Positions 1-14,049 are shown, counted from the stretch's first letter. The stretch: 64,000 nucleotides of DNA from Eledone cirrhosa (GCA_964016885.1 OZ024742.1:286874001-286938000), one strand, 5' to 3'. The notes: generated by a model from the sequence alone, not told the origin. Translations and numbers: made by a program.

Positions 1-112
1 ACATAAATGATGGAAATGCATGTAAGATTTCTAGATGCAACAATAGATGCTGACTCTGTTGAATAAACACTGAAGATACCACACACTTTATAAGTAACTG
101 TCTGAAAATAAC

Positions 113-245
113 TATTTCTACTTTAGGCACAAGGCCAGCAATTACCCAGTACATTACTGGTACTTTATTTTATCGACCCCGTAAGGATGAAAGGCAAAGT
201 TAACCTCGGCGGGATTTGAACTCAGAATGACAAGGGACGTAACTC
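113..245 (-). mobile_element. tRNA-derived SINE, 5'-truncated, with 18-bp target-site duplication
   Basis: Body ACTGGTACTTTATTTTATCGACCCCGTAAGGATGAAAGGCAAAGTTAACCTCGGCGGGATTTGAAC recurs >10 times in the window. B box GTTCAAATCC on minus strand. TSD TAACTGTCTGAAAATAAC at 95-112 and 246-263. Confidence 0.9.
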
Positions 246-473
246 TAACTGTCTGAAAATAACCTCAAAATATACTATCTTCTTGAATAATGACACCGTA
301 GCCGAAATATTATGCAATACATTCCGCCGGATAGTCCTTAATGTAAGACGTTACAGGGAGGAGGGCTTCTATACTCGTTCGTAATATGGAAGAATATTGT
401 AGACAAATATGGTATCCTGAAACTGATGCCCTGAATATTTTTTTTTTTTACTTAATACAAACTAAAAACTTTT

Positions 474-650
474 CTGTTGTTGCTATTGTTGCTGTTATCG
501 CTGCTGTTGCTTCTGTTGTTGTTGCTGCTGCTGTTACTACTGCTGTTGCTGCTGCTGCTTCTGTTGATATTGTTATTGTTGTTGTTGCTGCTGCTGCTGT
601 TGTTGATGTTGCTTCTGTTGTTACTGCTGTTGTTATTGTTGCTATTGTTT
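474..650. repeat. Compound (GTT/GCT)n trinucleotide microsatellite
   Basis: Visible directly; explains the poly-L/V/A/N ORFs. Confidence 0.9.
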
Positions 651-1926
651 AGATACAGGTCAGGATAAATCCGCAATAAGAGAAATTTCAGAATTCCAAC
701 AGGGAAAACATTTTTTCCGTCAATACCCTACTATTTTGACTGAGTTTGATGACAATAATAACTTAATATAAGGTTGTTAACATTATCTAATAAACTATGT
801 TATATATAAAACTAATAATATTAAATTAATATAAAACTTAATTTTATGTAATAAATTGTTATAAACAGGACTACTATTTTTTTTTCCTTTATCATGTATG
901 AATAAAAATCGGGTTGGTGAACTGGTAAAGGGGGGAAATACAGAACAAAGGTTAAGAAATATATGTCTAGATCAAGTAGACTTATAATTAATGGTATTAC
1001 AAACATGACTATTAAACTACAACCTCACAAAACATTTAACTTTATTGTCTTAAACAATAGAAATATTAATCTAGAGTTATTATTACGGTTTTAGTTATCT
1101 GGCAAATATTGCATGTTATAGCGAAATTATTGCTGTGTTAAATTTTCTCTTTTCTATATGTGGTTGTTAATCGATATGTGAAAAAAAAAGAAACACAAAA
1201 TGCTTATTTAAGAACATTAAAAGACGTGAGAATTCTGTATTTAATCTATGAGAGGAATTATATCTACGGTGGGTGAAAAACAGTTTTGAAAATGTATACG
1301 AGCAACACATTGTAAAATCGCCTGTCTTTGTTTTAACAGAACCTTATCTAATATTGAAACCTCCAACGTTGAGACAAGATAAACCTCAGACAAAGCCATC
1401 GCCTCTATAAGTGTTTGTCTAGTTCAGAGAAGGTCCAGGGGGCGCTGGGGCCTAAGGAGGCGCGGGTGGGGTGGGTGAGGGTTATAGATATAAGAGAGAT
1501 ATAATAGCATATTAAATATCAAATGATACATATTACATATTATTTATAATTTGTGTGTAGGCAATAGGGTTGGAAGCACTGAGGGTATTACATGGCCGTG
1601 ATGGGGGGGGGGGGGGGGCAAAAAGTTTGAGAACCTCTGATCTAGTTAATAAATGTTTTTGGGGTTTTTTTAGGCAGAGTACCAGCAATTTGTGGTGGAG
1701 CAATTTGTGGTGGAGGAAGGGAGAAGCCAATTAAATCGACCTAATACTTAATTAGAGGTTTATTTTGTCGACCCCAGAAGGATTATAGGGAGACCTCAGC
1801 AAGATTTGAACTGGAGGTTGTATTAAGTGCCGTTATACAATGTGGTGCTGAGATGATATGGTGGAGGTGATGAACCGTTTTGTACTTCCGCTATTAGAAA
1901 CTACGCTTATTTACCTTAACCATTGT

Positions 1927-2028
1927 CGCCGAGGTTAACTTTGCCTTTCATCCTTACGGGGTCGATAAAATAAAGCACCAGTAATACACTGGGGAAATTT
2001 CTGGCCTTGTTCCAAAAGTAAAAACAAT
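1927..2028 (+). mobile_element. SINE fragment (3' half)
   Basis: CGCCGAGGTTAACTTTGCCTTTCATCCTTACGGGGTCGATAAAATAAAGCACCAGT, the reverse complement of the 113-245 body. Confidence 0.85.
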
Positions 2029-3980
2029 GGTCTATTAGAATGTATATATATATATATATATATCACATAAGAAACGGAGAATCAGTGGTGCGACGAATTA
2101 AAATTTATTAGACATATTGCAATCATCTCTGGCGACCAGCTCGAGGCACGATCGATGCGACGATCGAATCTGACTCTGAAATCGCAAGATCCTCAGATAC
2201 GTCTCGATTCTTCGAAGCAGAGTTTCCAAATGTCCAGTTACTCCCGCGGCCTTCGCTCGTCAGCTTGTATCCTGTTGTTGCCTGTCGAGTGGTCAAGAAT
2301 TGTACACGTCATCGGTATTTCTGACCACTCATGGCCGTCATTTATCTGGTTCCTTTCATATGTCACCTGTCAATCAAAGTTGTTTCTTTTAGCGGAATTA
2401 CTACTGTAGGAGGTAAGAGGTTGTATGGTTGAAACGCTCTCGCCCTGCCGCAGCCTTCCCGGCCTGTAGACGCCCACAGCCATGTCCATGTTTCGCGCAG
2501 GCGTGATACATATGGGCACGTATACACACACAACAATCACATACACACCCGCAACTGTATTATATGCGACAATCACAGTAAATATTAAATGTACAGCGAA
2601 TACTTAGAAATATTTTTTTTTAAATGGAAAAACATTTAAAAAAACGTTTCAGAAAAACACACCCTCAAAATACCTTTAAAAAGACACACATTTAAAAAGA
2701 AACCCTTTAAAAAGAACATTTTTAAAAAATGGTTGAAAGAGCCTCTGAAAAAAATTTTTTTTTTCAAAAGTAGTTTTGATAAATATACATACGTATATAT
2801 ACACACACACTGTACTCAGGAAAGCATATATACTTAAGACAAATATACTTGAAACAATACATATGGATGCACATATATACAGATGAAAAAACGGAAAATC
2901 TACACATACATATGCATACACTTACACAGACATGTACATATATATGCATACACACACATATGCATACACATGCATGTATACACATACATACATGTACCCA
3001 CGCATGGGCATGCTTATACATATCAAAAAGCACATAATTGATGAATACCTACATATCCACACATCCACACACACGCAACTGTGCACATGGCGCATAAAAT
3101 AGTATATGAGAAAACATTCGTGAGGCGTGGAACCCAACACATTCATGGGGCCATATAAGCCCGAAAGTGCATGCATAAATGCAATAATTACGTAGCAGCC
3201 ACGTACTAATGACAGATAATAGGGGGGGGGGGCGACATATATGAATGCGTGTACGTACATAAAATAAAATAAAATACTTGAAAAAGGAATGTATACATGA
3301 AAAAGATACAAAGGAGGTATCAGTTCACGCCACGCGGATATTATTGGGATGTGCATAAAGTTGCATAAAATACTTAAAGACTGTGATGCATAGGGTTATA
3401 TAAAATACAGAAGGACTGAAGATCCAAGGGACTGGGTAAGAACCTGCACATCAACCATGCACATGAGACAGATTTCATGACAGGTGGACATAGAGGGCCG
3501 TGTAGGTATACACAAACAAGCTATATATTGTGAATGTGTAGAATATCCTTTTCATAACAGTATATATGAAATGTACATGGAATGGATGCATAAATGGAAT
3601 ATACCAGCGGCTTGTGTTGTAGGCATGTAGATAGCAACGGCAGGCAAAGTTATAATTAACCTCAACCTATATGTGTCCAACATCAAGTCCAACATTAAAG
3701 TTCCAAATTAAACATCAAGAATCGAAAATTAAAAATTAAAAATCAAAAATTAAAAATCAAATTCAAAACCACAGATAGAATAGTTGTAAACAAAATCAGA
3801 CTTATATTGAGTCGGCGTCCCCATTTTGGTGAGACGGTGGTATCCAAGGTACGTAACGAGGTAGGTATCGTTGGATCTGCCGTTGGTTTCAGCTTGTTCC
3901 GCCGTGCATTCATTGGTATGCTGTGGCATGTTGTAGTCCGCTGCATGCGCCCCACCTGGCATCGTCGTACCGGTAGGGCC

Positions 3981-4817
<837 letters not shown>

Positions 4818-4827
4818 TATCAAATAT

Positions 4828-4970
4828 AAACATTCTTATAGATAAACAATGTATGAAGCCGAATTTTTGGCTTTTGAAGCGCTGAGAAGATATATAGATA
4901 TATATATATATTCTCAGCGCTTCAAAAGCCAAAATTCGGCTTCATACATTGTTTATCTATAAGAATGTTT
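4828..4970. repeat. Near-perfect inverted repeat, ~60-bp arms around a TA-rich spacer
   Basis: AAACATTCTTATAGATAAAC...GCGCTGAGAA (4828-4888) is the reverse complement of TTCTCAGCGC...AAGAATGTTT (4911-4970). Confidence 0.9.
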
Positions 4971-5300
4971 CGATATATTATCTGTACTAATATTAGAATT
5001 ACGTATATATTTTCCTTTTCTTATAGTTACTAAAGGTTATATAGTCAGATAGCTAATGTGCTGTTGAATTATTAAATTCTTAAAATTACATACATATTAC
5101 ATTGGAAATGAAATGTGTTTTTGATTTAGGTTTTTGCTAGGTTTTCAACGAAACTGGCTTCTACTCGGAAAGTAAGGATAAAATAGGGTGGGGTGGAATA
5201 AGAAAGATCATGTATATGTATATTCGGCTATCTCTGTACATAATTTTGCCGAATGCTCATGCACATATGTATGTATATTTGTGTATTCATCTATATATAT

Positions 5301-5440
5301 ATAGGAAAAGAATTGGGACCCAGACGGCTGAGCTCCGGCCGTTTCGACAGCTAGATCTTATTACCCACTCTACTACCCTAAGTATCGAGTATTCTGCTGC
5401 GTTATGGTCCACTGGTTCTTTACCACACTTCCTTCGTTAT
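5301..5440. mobile_element. Two-module dispersed repeat, copy A (also at 11393-11598 and 15868-16058)
   Basis: Shared modules GACCCCGACGGCAGAGCT..GCCGTTTCGA and CCCACTCTACTAC.CTAAGTATTGAGTACTCTGGTGC.TTATGGTCCA. Bounded by (TA)n. Confidence 0.8.
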
Positions 5441-5457
5441 ATATATATATATGCATA

Positions 5458-5577
<120 letters not shown>

Positions 5578-5649
5578 GGTATGCATATATATATATGCAT
5601 ATATATATATATATGCATACCTACATATATATATATATATATGTAGGTA

Positions 5650-5695
<46 letters not shown>

Positions 5696-6433
5696 CACAC
5701 ACAGTATAATTAGGTTTTTTTTGGTTTTTTTAAATGAAAATAAATAAATAAATGATGGGAAAATTAGTCTCTGATAAGAGATAGAAGAATCGAACCCGAT
5801 ATCCAAAGATGTAATATATTTTAGCACATCGATACTTAAGTATAAAACATGCAAGACGATATAAAATTCAAAAATAAATATTTTCAATATCACTTTTAAA
5901 AAAAACGATCAAAATTAAAACTTTGTCGGTGGTTGAGTGGTACAACAGCCGGTTTATGTAAGTGTTAAGAATTCAATCCCCAAAATAGAAGCAGCGAACG
6001 ACTGTTCATCGAAATTTTTCTACTTTAGCAACATCAAATGTATGTTATAGCAGGTGAAGGGTATGTGATCATCCAATTTAATATAAGAATATGGTGTATA
6101 TATGCATGTGTGTGGATGTGGGTGTATTTATATATATAAATATATATATGTGTGTGTGTGTGTATGCGTGTGTGTTTCTAGGGTGTTTTAAGTGTGAAAA
6201 GAGTACATAAAATAAAGGTGGTCAGATTTTTTTTCATTTAACATCTGTATGTATAACTTGACAATTCCAGTTACATGTGCCAAGCCGACTTCGAAACTTA
6301 AGAGTTTATTATGCATATGCATTTTAATGTTTGTGTATGAGGGGCACCCCAAGCTTGAAGTGCTCTTTTCCCCATCCAAATTCTAAATCCGGTATGTATG
6401 AATGTATGTATGTATGTATGTATGCTGTTTCTC

Positions 6434-6475
<42 letters not shown>

Positions 6476-6482
<7 letters not shown>

Positions 6483-6956
6483 AATAGGATATCGCTTCAA
6501 GCATAGCTTTATACAATATGTATAAATATTTTGTATCTTCAAAGATATACGGTTTTAGGAAGCCGTAGCTATGCAAACACCGGGGGGCTAACGCTCTCTG
6601 GTGATGTCCAGCAGAAGCAAGAGGGACAACCGTCTATGCATTTCAGGCTTAACTGGCCTTCGTCAGGACGGTCCCTCCCACCGCCTGCGACTACTGGACT
6701 AGAAGACAGCTGAGAATATATACTTTTCTCGTCTGTGTAAATGAGGTGATTAATCTCATTTGCATATAAAGCTGCATAAGTTGGCTCAACTTATAATAAA
6801 AAAAGAAATAGGATTTCGCTTCAAGCATAGCTTTATACAATATTTATAAATATTTCGTATCTCCAAAGAAATACGGTTTTAGGAAGCCGTAGCTATGCAA
6901 ACACCGGGGGGAGGGGGGCTAACGCCCTCTGGCGATGTCCTGCAGAAGCAAGGGGG

Positions 6957-6960
<4 letters not shown>
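6476..6960 (-). mobile_element. Non-coding HHR-bearing element: ~324-nt monomer plus partial tandem copy (pLTR or retrozyme-like)
   Basis: GAAATAGGAT.TCGCTTCAAGCATAGC...GGGACAA at 6481-6629 recurs at 6805-6960 (period 324). (TA)n on both sides. Contains the HHR at 6621-6677. Confidence 0.8.
6621..6677 (-). ncRNA. Minimal type I hammerhead ribozyme, intact core
   Basis: Minus strand: ACCGUC-CUGACGA-AGGC CAGUUAA GCCU-GAAA-UGC-AUA^-GACGGU. Stem I 6 bp (extendable by GAGGGAC/GUCCCUC), stem II 4 bp, palindromic stem III AUGCAU, cleavage triplet AUA. Confidence 0.85.
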
Positions 6961-7040
<80 letters not shown>

Positions 7041-7450
7041 TACAGTATCGTAAAAACGGATGGAAAGAAGAGGTATAAAGAGGTGCGATACAGGGTATTA
7101 CATGCCAAAAGCGGGTGCGTAAGTGTTCGATGCTTGGGTTATCAGGGTTAAATATTAGAGAAAATTAATATTTAGTGTACAGGATTAAGCAGACCGGTTA
7201 TAGGCAAAATAATTAATGAAAGAGTTACAAGCCGTTAAATCATATCTTTATAAAGCTCTTACACGTGTTTCGCCTAATGGGGCTCGCCTGAGGCAGATAT
7301 TAAGGCAAAGTTTTAATTATATACCCTATTCGGATAAAATAATAATTTTATATCAGAGCATATTAAATATACGTGGTTAAGTATAAAACACAGAGGAAAG
7401 AGATTAGTTTGCTAAGGGAGGTAATTAGCGGTAATTACCAGAGCACACAC

Positions 7451-7555
<105 letters not shown>

Positions 7556-7607
7556 CAAATATACATATACATATATATATATATACAAATATACACACAC
7601 ACACACG

Positions 7608-7642
<35 letters not shown>

Positions 7643-7685
7643 GAAAATATAGAAATTAATGTGAGCAAGAAGCCAACAGTATTTC

Positions 7686-7751
<66 letters not shown>

Positions 7752-7839
7752 AATATACATATACATATATATATATATATATACAAATATACAAATATAT
7801 ATATGTATATGTATATTTGTATATACATATATATGTATG

Positions 7840-7909
<70 letters not shown>

Positions 7910-8349
7910 TATATACATATATGTGTGTGTGTGTGTGTATGCAACGTCAAGTTAGTAAAAACAATACCAGCAAATCCAAACATAAAACATTACAAAAAAA
8001 AAAAACTATAAAAACTAAAGTACAAAAAAAATAATAATAAACATAGATGTATGGTGGTAGCAAGAGTGACAGGGGGAGTAGATGGTGTTAGGTAGAGAGA
8101 CAAAGTGACTGAGAAGGGGGAGATAATGTGTGTATATATATATATGTATTTGTGTCTGTATGCTTGTATATGTGTATGTGCGAAATTATGCGACTGTTTG
8201 TGCAAGTGTGTATATGTGTGTTCATCTGTATGTTTGGTTGTATGTGTGGTATAGTTGTCTATGTATGCACATATATATATACATATGTGTGTATATATAT
8301 ATATTATATATATATGTGTATGTATATATATATATTATATATATATGTG

Positions 8350-8476
<127 letters not shown>

Positions 8477-8712
8477 GCATATATTTTTGTATGTGTGAGA
8501 ATATATATGTGTGTGTTGGTGTGCATATGTGTATGTCTGTGCGTAAGCTTGTTGCGTGTATATATATATAATTATGTGTCTCTCTGCGAGTATGTGTATG
8601 TAATTGTGTGTATGTGTCTGCATATGTATATGTGTGTGCTTATGTGTATGAGGTTAAGTGGGAGGGACCTAATACTATAATGTCTGGTTACGCTTATTAC
8701 AAAGGTTGATTC

Positions 8713-9305
8713 ATGGTGGTGGTGATGGAGGTGATGGTGATGGCGGTGGTGAAGCTTGCAGTGATGCTGGTGGTGGTGGTGGTGGTGAAGCTTGCAGTGA
8801 TGCTGGTGGTGGTGGTGGTGGTGGTGGTGGTGAAGCTTGCAGTGATGCTGGCGGTGGTGGTGGTGGTGAAGCTTGCAGTGATGCTGGCGCTTGCATTGTT
8901 AATAGTAGAAGTGGTGGTGGTGGTGGTAGTGATGGTGGTGGTGGTGATGGTGATGGTGATGGTGATGGTGATGGTGGTGGTGGTGGTGGTGGTGGTGGTG
9001 GTGGTGGTGGTGGTGGTGGTGGTGGTGGTGGTGGTGGTGGTGGTGAAGCTTGCAGTGATGCTGGAGCTTGCATTGTTAATAGTAGAAGTGGTCGTGGTGG
9101 TGGTAGTGATGGTGGTGGTGGTGATGGTGGTGGTGGTGGTGGTGGTGGTGGTGGTGGTGGTGGTGGTGGTGGTGGTGGTGATGCTGGAGCTTGCATTGTT
9201 AATAGTAGGAGTGGTGGTGGTGGTGGCGAAGCTTGCAGTGATGCTGGCGCTTGCATTGTTAATAGTAGAAGTGGTGGTGGTGGTGGTGGTGGTGGTGGCG
9301 GTAGT
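8713..9305. repeat. (GGT)n-based compound minisatellite
   Basis: GGT/GAT runs interleaved with repeated GAAGCTTGCAGTGATGCTGG and GCTTGCATTGTTAATAGTAGAA cassettes. Confidence 0.9.
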
Positions 9306-9401
9306 AAATGCGTTGCTGCAACTGAGAAGCTGCACAAGTTTAATGACTGCAACAGATGCAGTGTGCTGCATTACTATACGTATATATATAGAGAGTGAGA
9401 G

Positions 9402-9468
<67 letters not shown>

Positions 9469-9984
9469 TATATATATATATATATATATATGTACAAAAT
9501 GATATATCTGAACACCTAATATGAAGTTACAAAATTGTGTGTGTGTGCATGTGTGTGCGAGTGTGTGTGTGCATGTGTGTGTGCATGTGTGTGTGTATGT
9601 GATCTATCTCAGAGCACGTGGTATTTATAGAAGTTAGATGCGCACATGCGCAAAAGAGACTATGGTAACGCTATGCATTTGGCAGAGGAACTGTATGTGT
9701 GTGTTGCTATATAGATGCATGCATACAAACACACATGCACACATATATACATAAATGCATGCATATATACATACACACGCACTTTCACACATACATATAT
9801 GCATGCATGTAGACATAAATACAAACATACAAACATAGCTACACACATACATACACACATATGTATATGTATACATACATACTTGCTTGAATTTATGCCT
9901 ATATACATACATACATACATACATGCTTGAATATATACCTACATACATATGTACTTGAATATACACACACACACATACACACAC

Positions 9985-10074
9985 ATACATACATACATAC
10001 ATACATACATACATACATACATACATACATACATACATACATACATACATACATACATACATACATACATACAT
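9985..10074. repeat. (ACAT)n tetranucleotide microsatellite
   Basis: Visible directly. Confidence 0.95.
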
Positions 10075-10269
10075 AAGTATATACACCCTAAAATACACGT
10101 TATAGTTCTAGAGACGCAGCCAAAAATATGAAGAGCGCGGATCAATTTTTGATAATTATCTTTTAAAGTCATTAAATTTATAGTTCTTTCCAACACTGCT
10201 TTCTTTTTCAGTATTTTTAACCTAATAAAAATTATTCATCTTTTTCTCAGTTTAAACCGAAATATATAT

Positions 10270-10606
10270 GTGGTCCCGTAACTACTACAAGAGTCGTGGG
10301 GGCCACCGTATTGACATACAGCGTTTCTTGGGAATTGTTAAGCCTGACGGAGCCCATCTCTCGCCAGGTCTGAATACAGCAGATTTCTTCCAGAGAAAGA
10401 TTGAAAGTGAGAGTGAGGAAATGATAAAGAGATATAGAGAAGGGATCAACCCCAGTACTAGACTGTTACCTTTTTTTTATCGACCTCGGAAGAATGAAAG
10501 GCAAAGTTGACCTCGGCGAGATTTGAACTGAGAAAGCAGAGAGCCGGAACAAATACCATAAAGCATCTCTCCGGCGTTCTAACGACTCAGTTAATTCGCT
10601 GCCAAG
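10270..10606 (-). mobile_element. Diverged SINE with a longer, different 3' tail and 16-bp TSD
   Basis: SINE body at 10450-10603. TSD AAACCGAAATATATAT at 10254-10269 and 10607-10622. Confidence 0.8.
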
Positions 10607-10764
10607 AAACCGAAATATATATTTGTACAAATTGATTAGCGACAAGACTCAATATATTGTAGGAAGCAATTCAGATTTAACAACATAAATTAATTGTAAA
10701 TACAAGTTTCAATGTTAACTTCGATGATTCGAGTATTCTTGCAAAGTTCTTTTTACTATAGTTA

Positions 10765-11125
10765 TCAGGACCGAAACACTTGTATGAGCAGGATTTATTC
10801 TCTGAAGATCTTCTGCTGTCCAGCTCTCCTGGGATTTTTTTACCTCTATATATTTTAATTTATATTCATAGATCAGTGTTTATAAGGGCCGAAACTCTTG
10901 CATAAGGGGGTTTTCTTCACTGAAGACCTTCTGCTGTCCAGCTTTCATGGGAGTTTCTTACCACATAACCCGTTCCGTACCATATTTCTAATGAAACACA
11001 CGTAGGGTTAAATGGTAAGATACTCTCAGAAGTTAAAGGCCGAAACACATGCATGAGTGGTGGTGGTAGGGGGGGTTCTTCTCTGAAGACTTTCTGCTGT
11101 TCAGCTCCCTGAAGGTTTTTTGCCT
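10765..11125 (+). repeat. Three diverged tandem units (~120-155 bp), each with GAAAC and CTGAAGA hammerhead half-motifs
   Basis: CCGAAAAC-like motif CCGAAAAC absent; actual motif CCGAAAC at about 10771, 10889 and 11040, and CTGAAGA..TTCTGCTGT.CAGCT at about 10802, 10920 and 11083. Confidence 0.7.
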
Positions 11126-11326
11126 CTTTTGAACCTCTTTGCGTTGTTAAAATTTTAGCTATTCCTGTACAGGGATTTGTGTAATGGGGGCGGATATATA
11201 ACCTACGTAATCAGTTACATACATTTATGATTTCTTCTCTTTGTACACTCTTTGTTGAAGGAGACATCACGTGACGGTGGACATCTTTAGACATTTGTCT
11301 GTCAGAAACACAATGCATCCGGACAC

Positions 11327-11387
<61 letters not shown>

Positions 11388-11392
11388 TATAT

Positions 11393-11852
<460 letters not shown>

Positions 11853-11980
11853 AAAAAAGATGAAATCGAAAATGCAACTGGAGTCTTTTTAAGAATATTT
11901 ATTTGTTTCCTGTAACGGTTTCACAGTTCTTATGCTTTTCAAAAGTAGAATTGAGATGGAGGGTTTGTGGTTTTTCTTGC

Positions 11981-12060
<80 letters not shown>

Positions 12061-12105
12061 CCTATCTCTATACCACCTCTGCATCTCCCCATGCATTGAA
12101 TACTC

Positions 12106-12157
<52 letters not shown>

Positions 12158-12438
12158 GGATAATTATTTCTATGTATGCATATATATATAGGGGTGGGGT
12201 GCGCATATAGATCTGAACATTTAAAAATATGTGATTTTTTTACACACATGCGCAACAAGATATATAATATAAAAGGAAAAGAATAAGAATCACTGAGAGA
12301 GGGAGAGAGGAAGAGAGAGAGGGAGAGAGAGATTGTGTGTGGGGGGTGCGCATGTGTGTGTGTGATTGTGTGTGTGTATCTCTCGGTCTCTATGTGTGGG
12401 TGTGGGGACAAGGCAAAAATATAGAGAGAGACAGAGAC

Positions 12439-12475
<37 letters not shown>

Positions 12476-12653
12476 AAGATTTAAAAAAGGAGAGTGAAAA
12501 AAAAGATAGATATAGAGATAGAAAGTGAGGGAGAGACAGACAGTTAGAGAATCTGAAAGAATAGAGTGAAAAAGAAACAGATATAGATAGAGAGAGAGCT
12601 GGAGTGACAGACAGTGAGAGAGGAAGAGAGAAGCATTAAACAATATACATGTA

Positions 12654-12654
<1 letters not shown>

Positions 12655-12750
<96 letters not shown>
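12655..12750. repeat. (TAA)n microsatellite
   Basis: Visible directly. Confidence 0.97.
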
Positions 12751-12751
<1 letters not shown>

Positions 12752-12987
12752 CAAACAAACAAACAAATAAATGAATAAATAAATACATACATAAATAATA
12801 ACTAAATATATGCTTAAATGCATTTTAAACAAGGAAAAGCTAGCGGCAGTTTTAGAAAGAAAATGTTAGAAAGAAAATAGAAGATGAAAAAAATAAAAAC
12901 AACTGAATATGCAAATTCCATAGATTAGATAATGCAGTAGGACAGTCATTGTTACTTCACATATGCATTTGCATTTTTTTGGTGTGC

Positions 12988-13112
12988 ATATAACACTATA
13001 CAGTCTTTGTGGGTGTATATAACACTATATACAGTCCTTGAGGGTGTATATACACTATAAACAGTCCTTGTGTGTGTATATAACACTATGCAGTCCTTGT
13101 GTGTGTATATAA
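12988..13112. repeat. ~29-31-bp minisatellite, about 4 copies
   Basis: Unit TATAACACTATACAGTCCTTGTGTGTGTA with variants. Confidence 0.85.
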
Positions 13113-13304
13113 TACATTCCTTCTTTGCCAGTGTAGTGTTGTCCAATTTCAGACGTTTATGCTGCAGTATTTTTACAATTCATAGAATTATTACAATTTT
13201 CATATTTCTCTAAAAGTTATGTAAGAAATATTCGTTTCAAATTTCAGTACAGGGCTAGTAGTTTGAAGTGGGTGGGGTGGGGGTGGGTGAATGGAAAGTT
13301 CAGG

Positions 13305-13855
13305 ATATCGACCCAGTAAATGACTGGTACTTTATTTTATCGATCGACTCCGGAAGGTTGGAAGGCAAAGCTAAACTCAGCAGGGTTTGAACTCAGAATG
13401 TTGAAGGTTCTAAGTAAATAATTGTTTCTACTTTTTGGCACAAGGCCAGCTATTACTGCAGTGTATTACTGGTACTTTATTTTATCGACCCCGTAAAGAT
13501 GAAAGGCAAAGTTAACCTCGGCGGGATTTGAACTCAGAATGGCAAGGGCCGTAACTCAATGCGTGATAGCATGGCGTCCGACCTTCTACCGATACTGCCA
13601 ATCCACCGCCCTAAGGTTCTAAGTAAATAATGGTTTCTGTTTTAGACACAAGGCCAACGATATTGAGAGATGGGGAAAGTCGATTAAATCAACCTCAAAC
13701 ACAGTGTATTACTGGTACCTTATTTTATCGACCCTGTGAGGATGAAAGGCAAAGCTAACTTCGGCGGGATTTGAACTCAGAACGTAAAGGGCCGTAAATA
13801 TATGTCGCAAAGCATGTTGTCCGGCGCTCTACCGATACTGCCAATCCATCGCCCT
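13305..13855 (-). mobile_element. Cluster of three head-to-tail SINE copies; the middle one is full length with a 19-bp TSD
   Basis: Bodies at about 13305-13403, 13423-13612 and 13632-13855. TSD AAGGTTCTAAGTAAATAAT at 13404-13422 and 13613-13631. Confidence 0.9.
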
Positions 13856-14049
13856 TAGTTATGTAAAAAAATTGATGTCTGGTGCATATTCTAAGTCTTT
13901 AATTATAAATCAATCAATCAGTCAGTAAATTGATCAATCAATGACTGCGCGTATTAATCAATAACATTATACGCGATACTAGAGAGTTGTTCTATCATCA
14001 ATTTATTTCGTTTGTATCGTTTAGCAGCCAGAAATATATATATATATAA

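Noticed and set aside
3140-3180. GGGC-CATATAA-GCCC-GAAA hairpin as a hammerhead
   Set aside because: Stem II and GAAA are present, but the 5' core reads TTCATG and stem I does not close.
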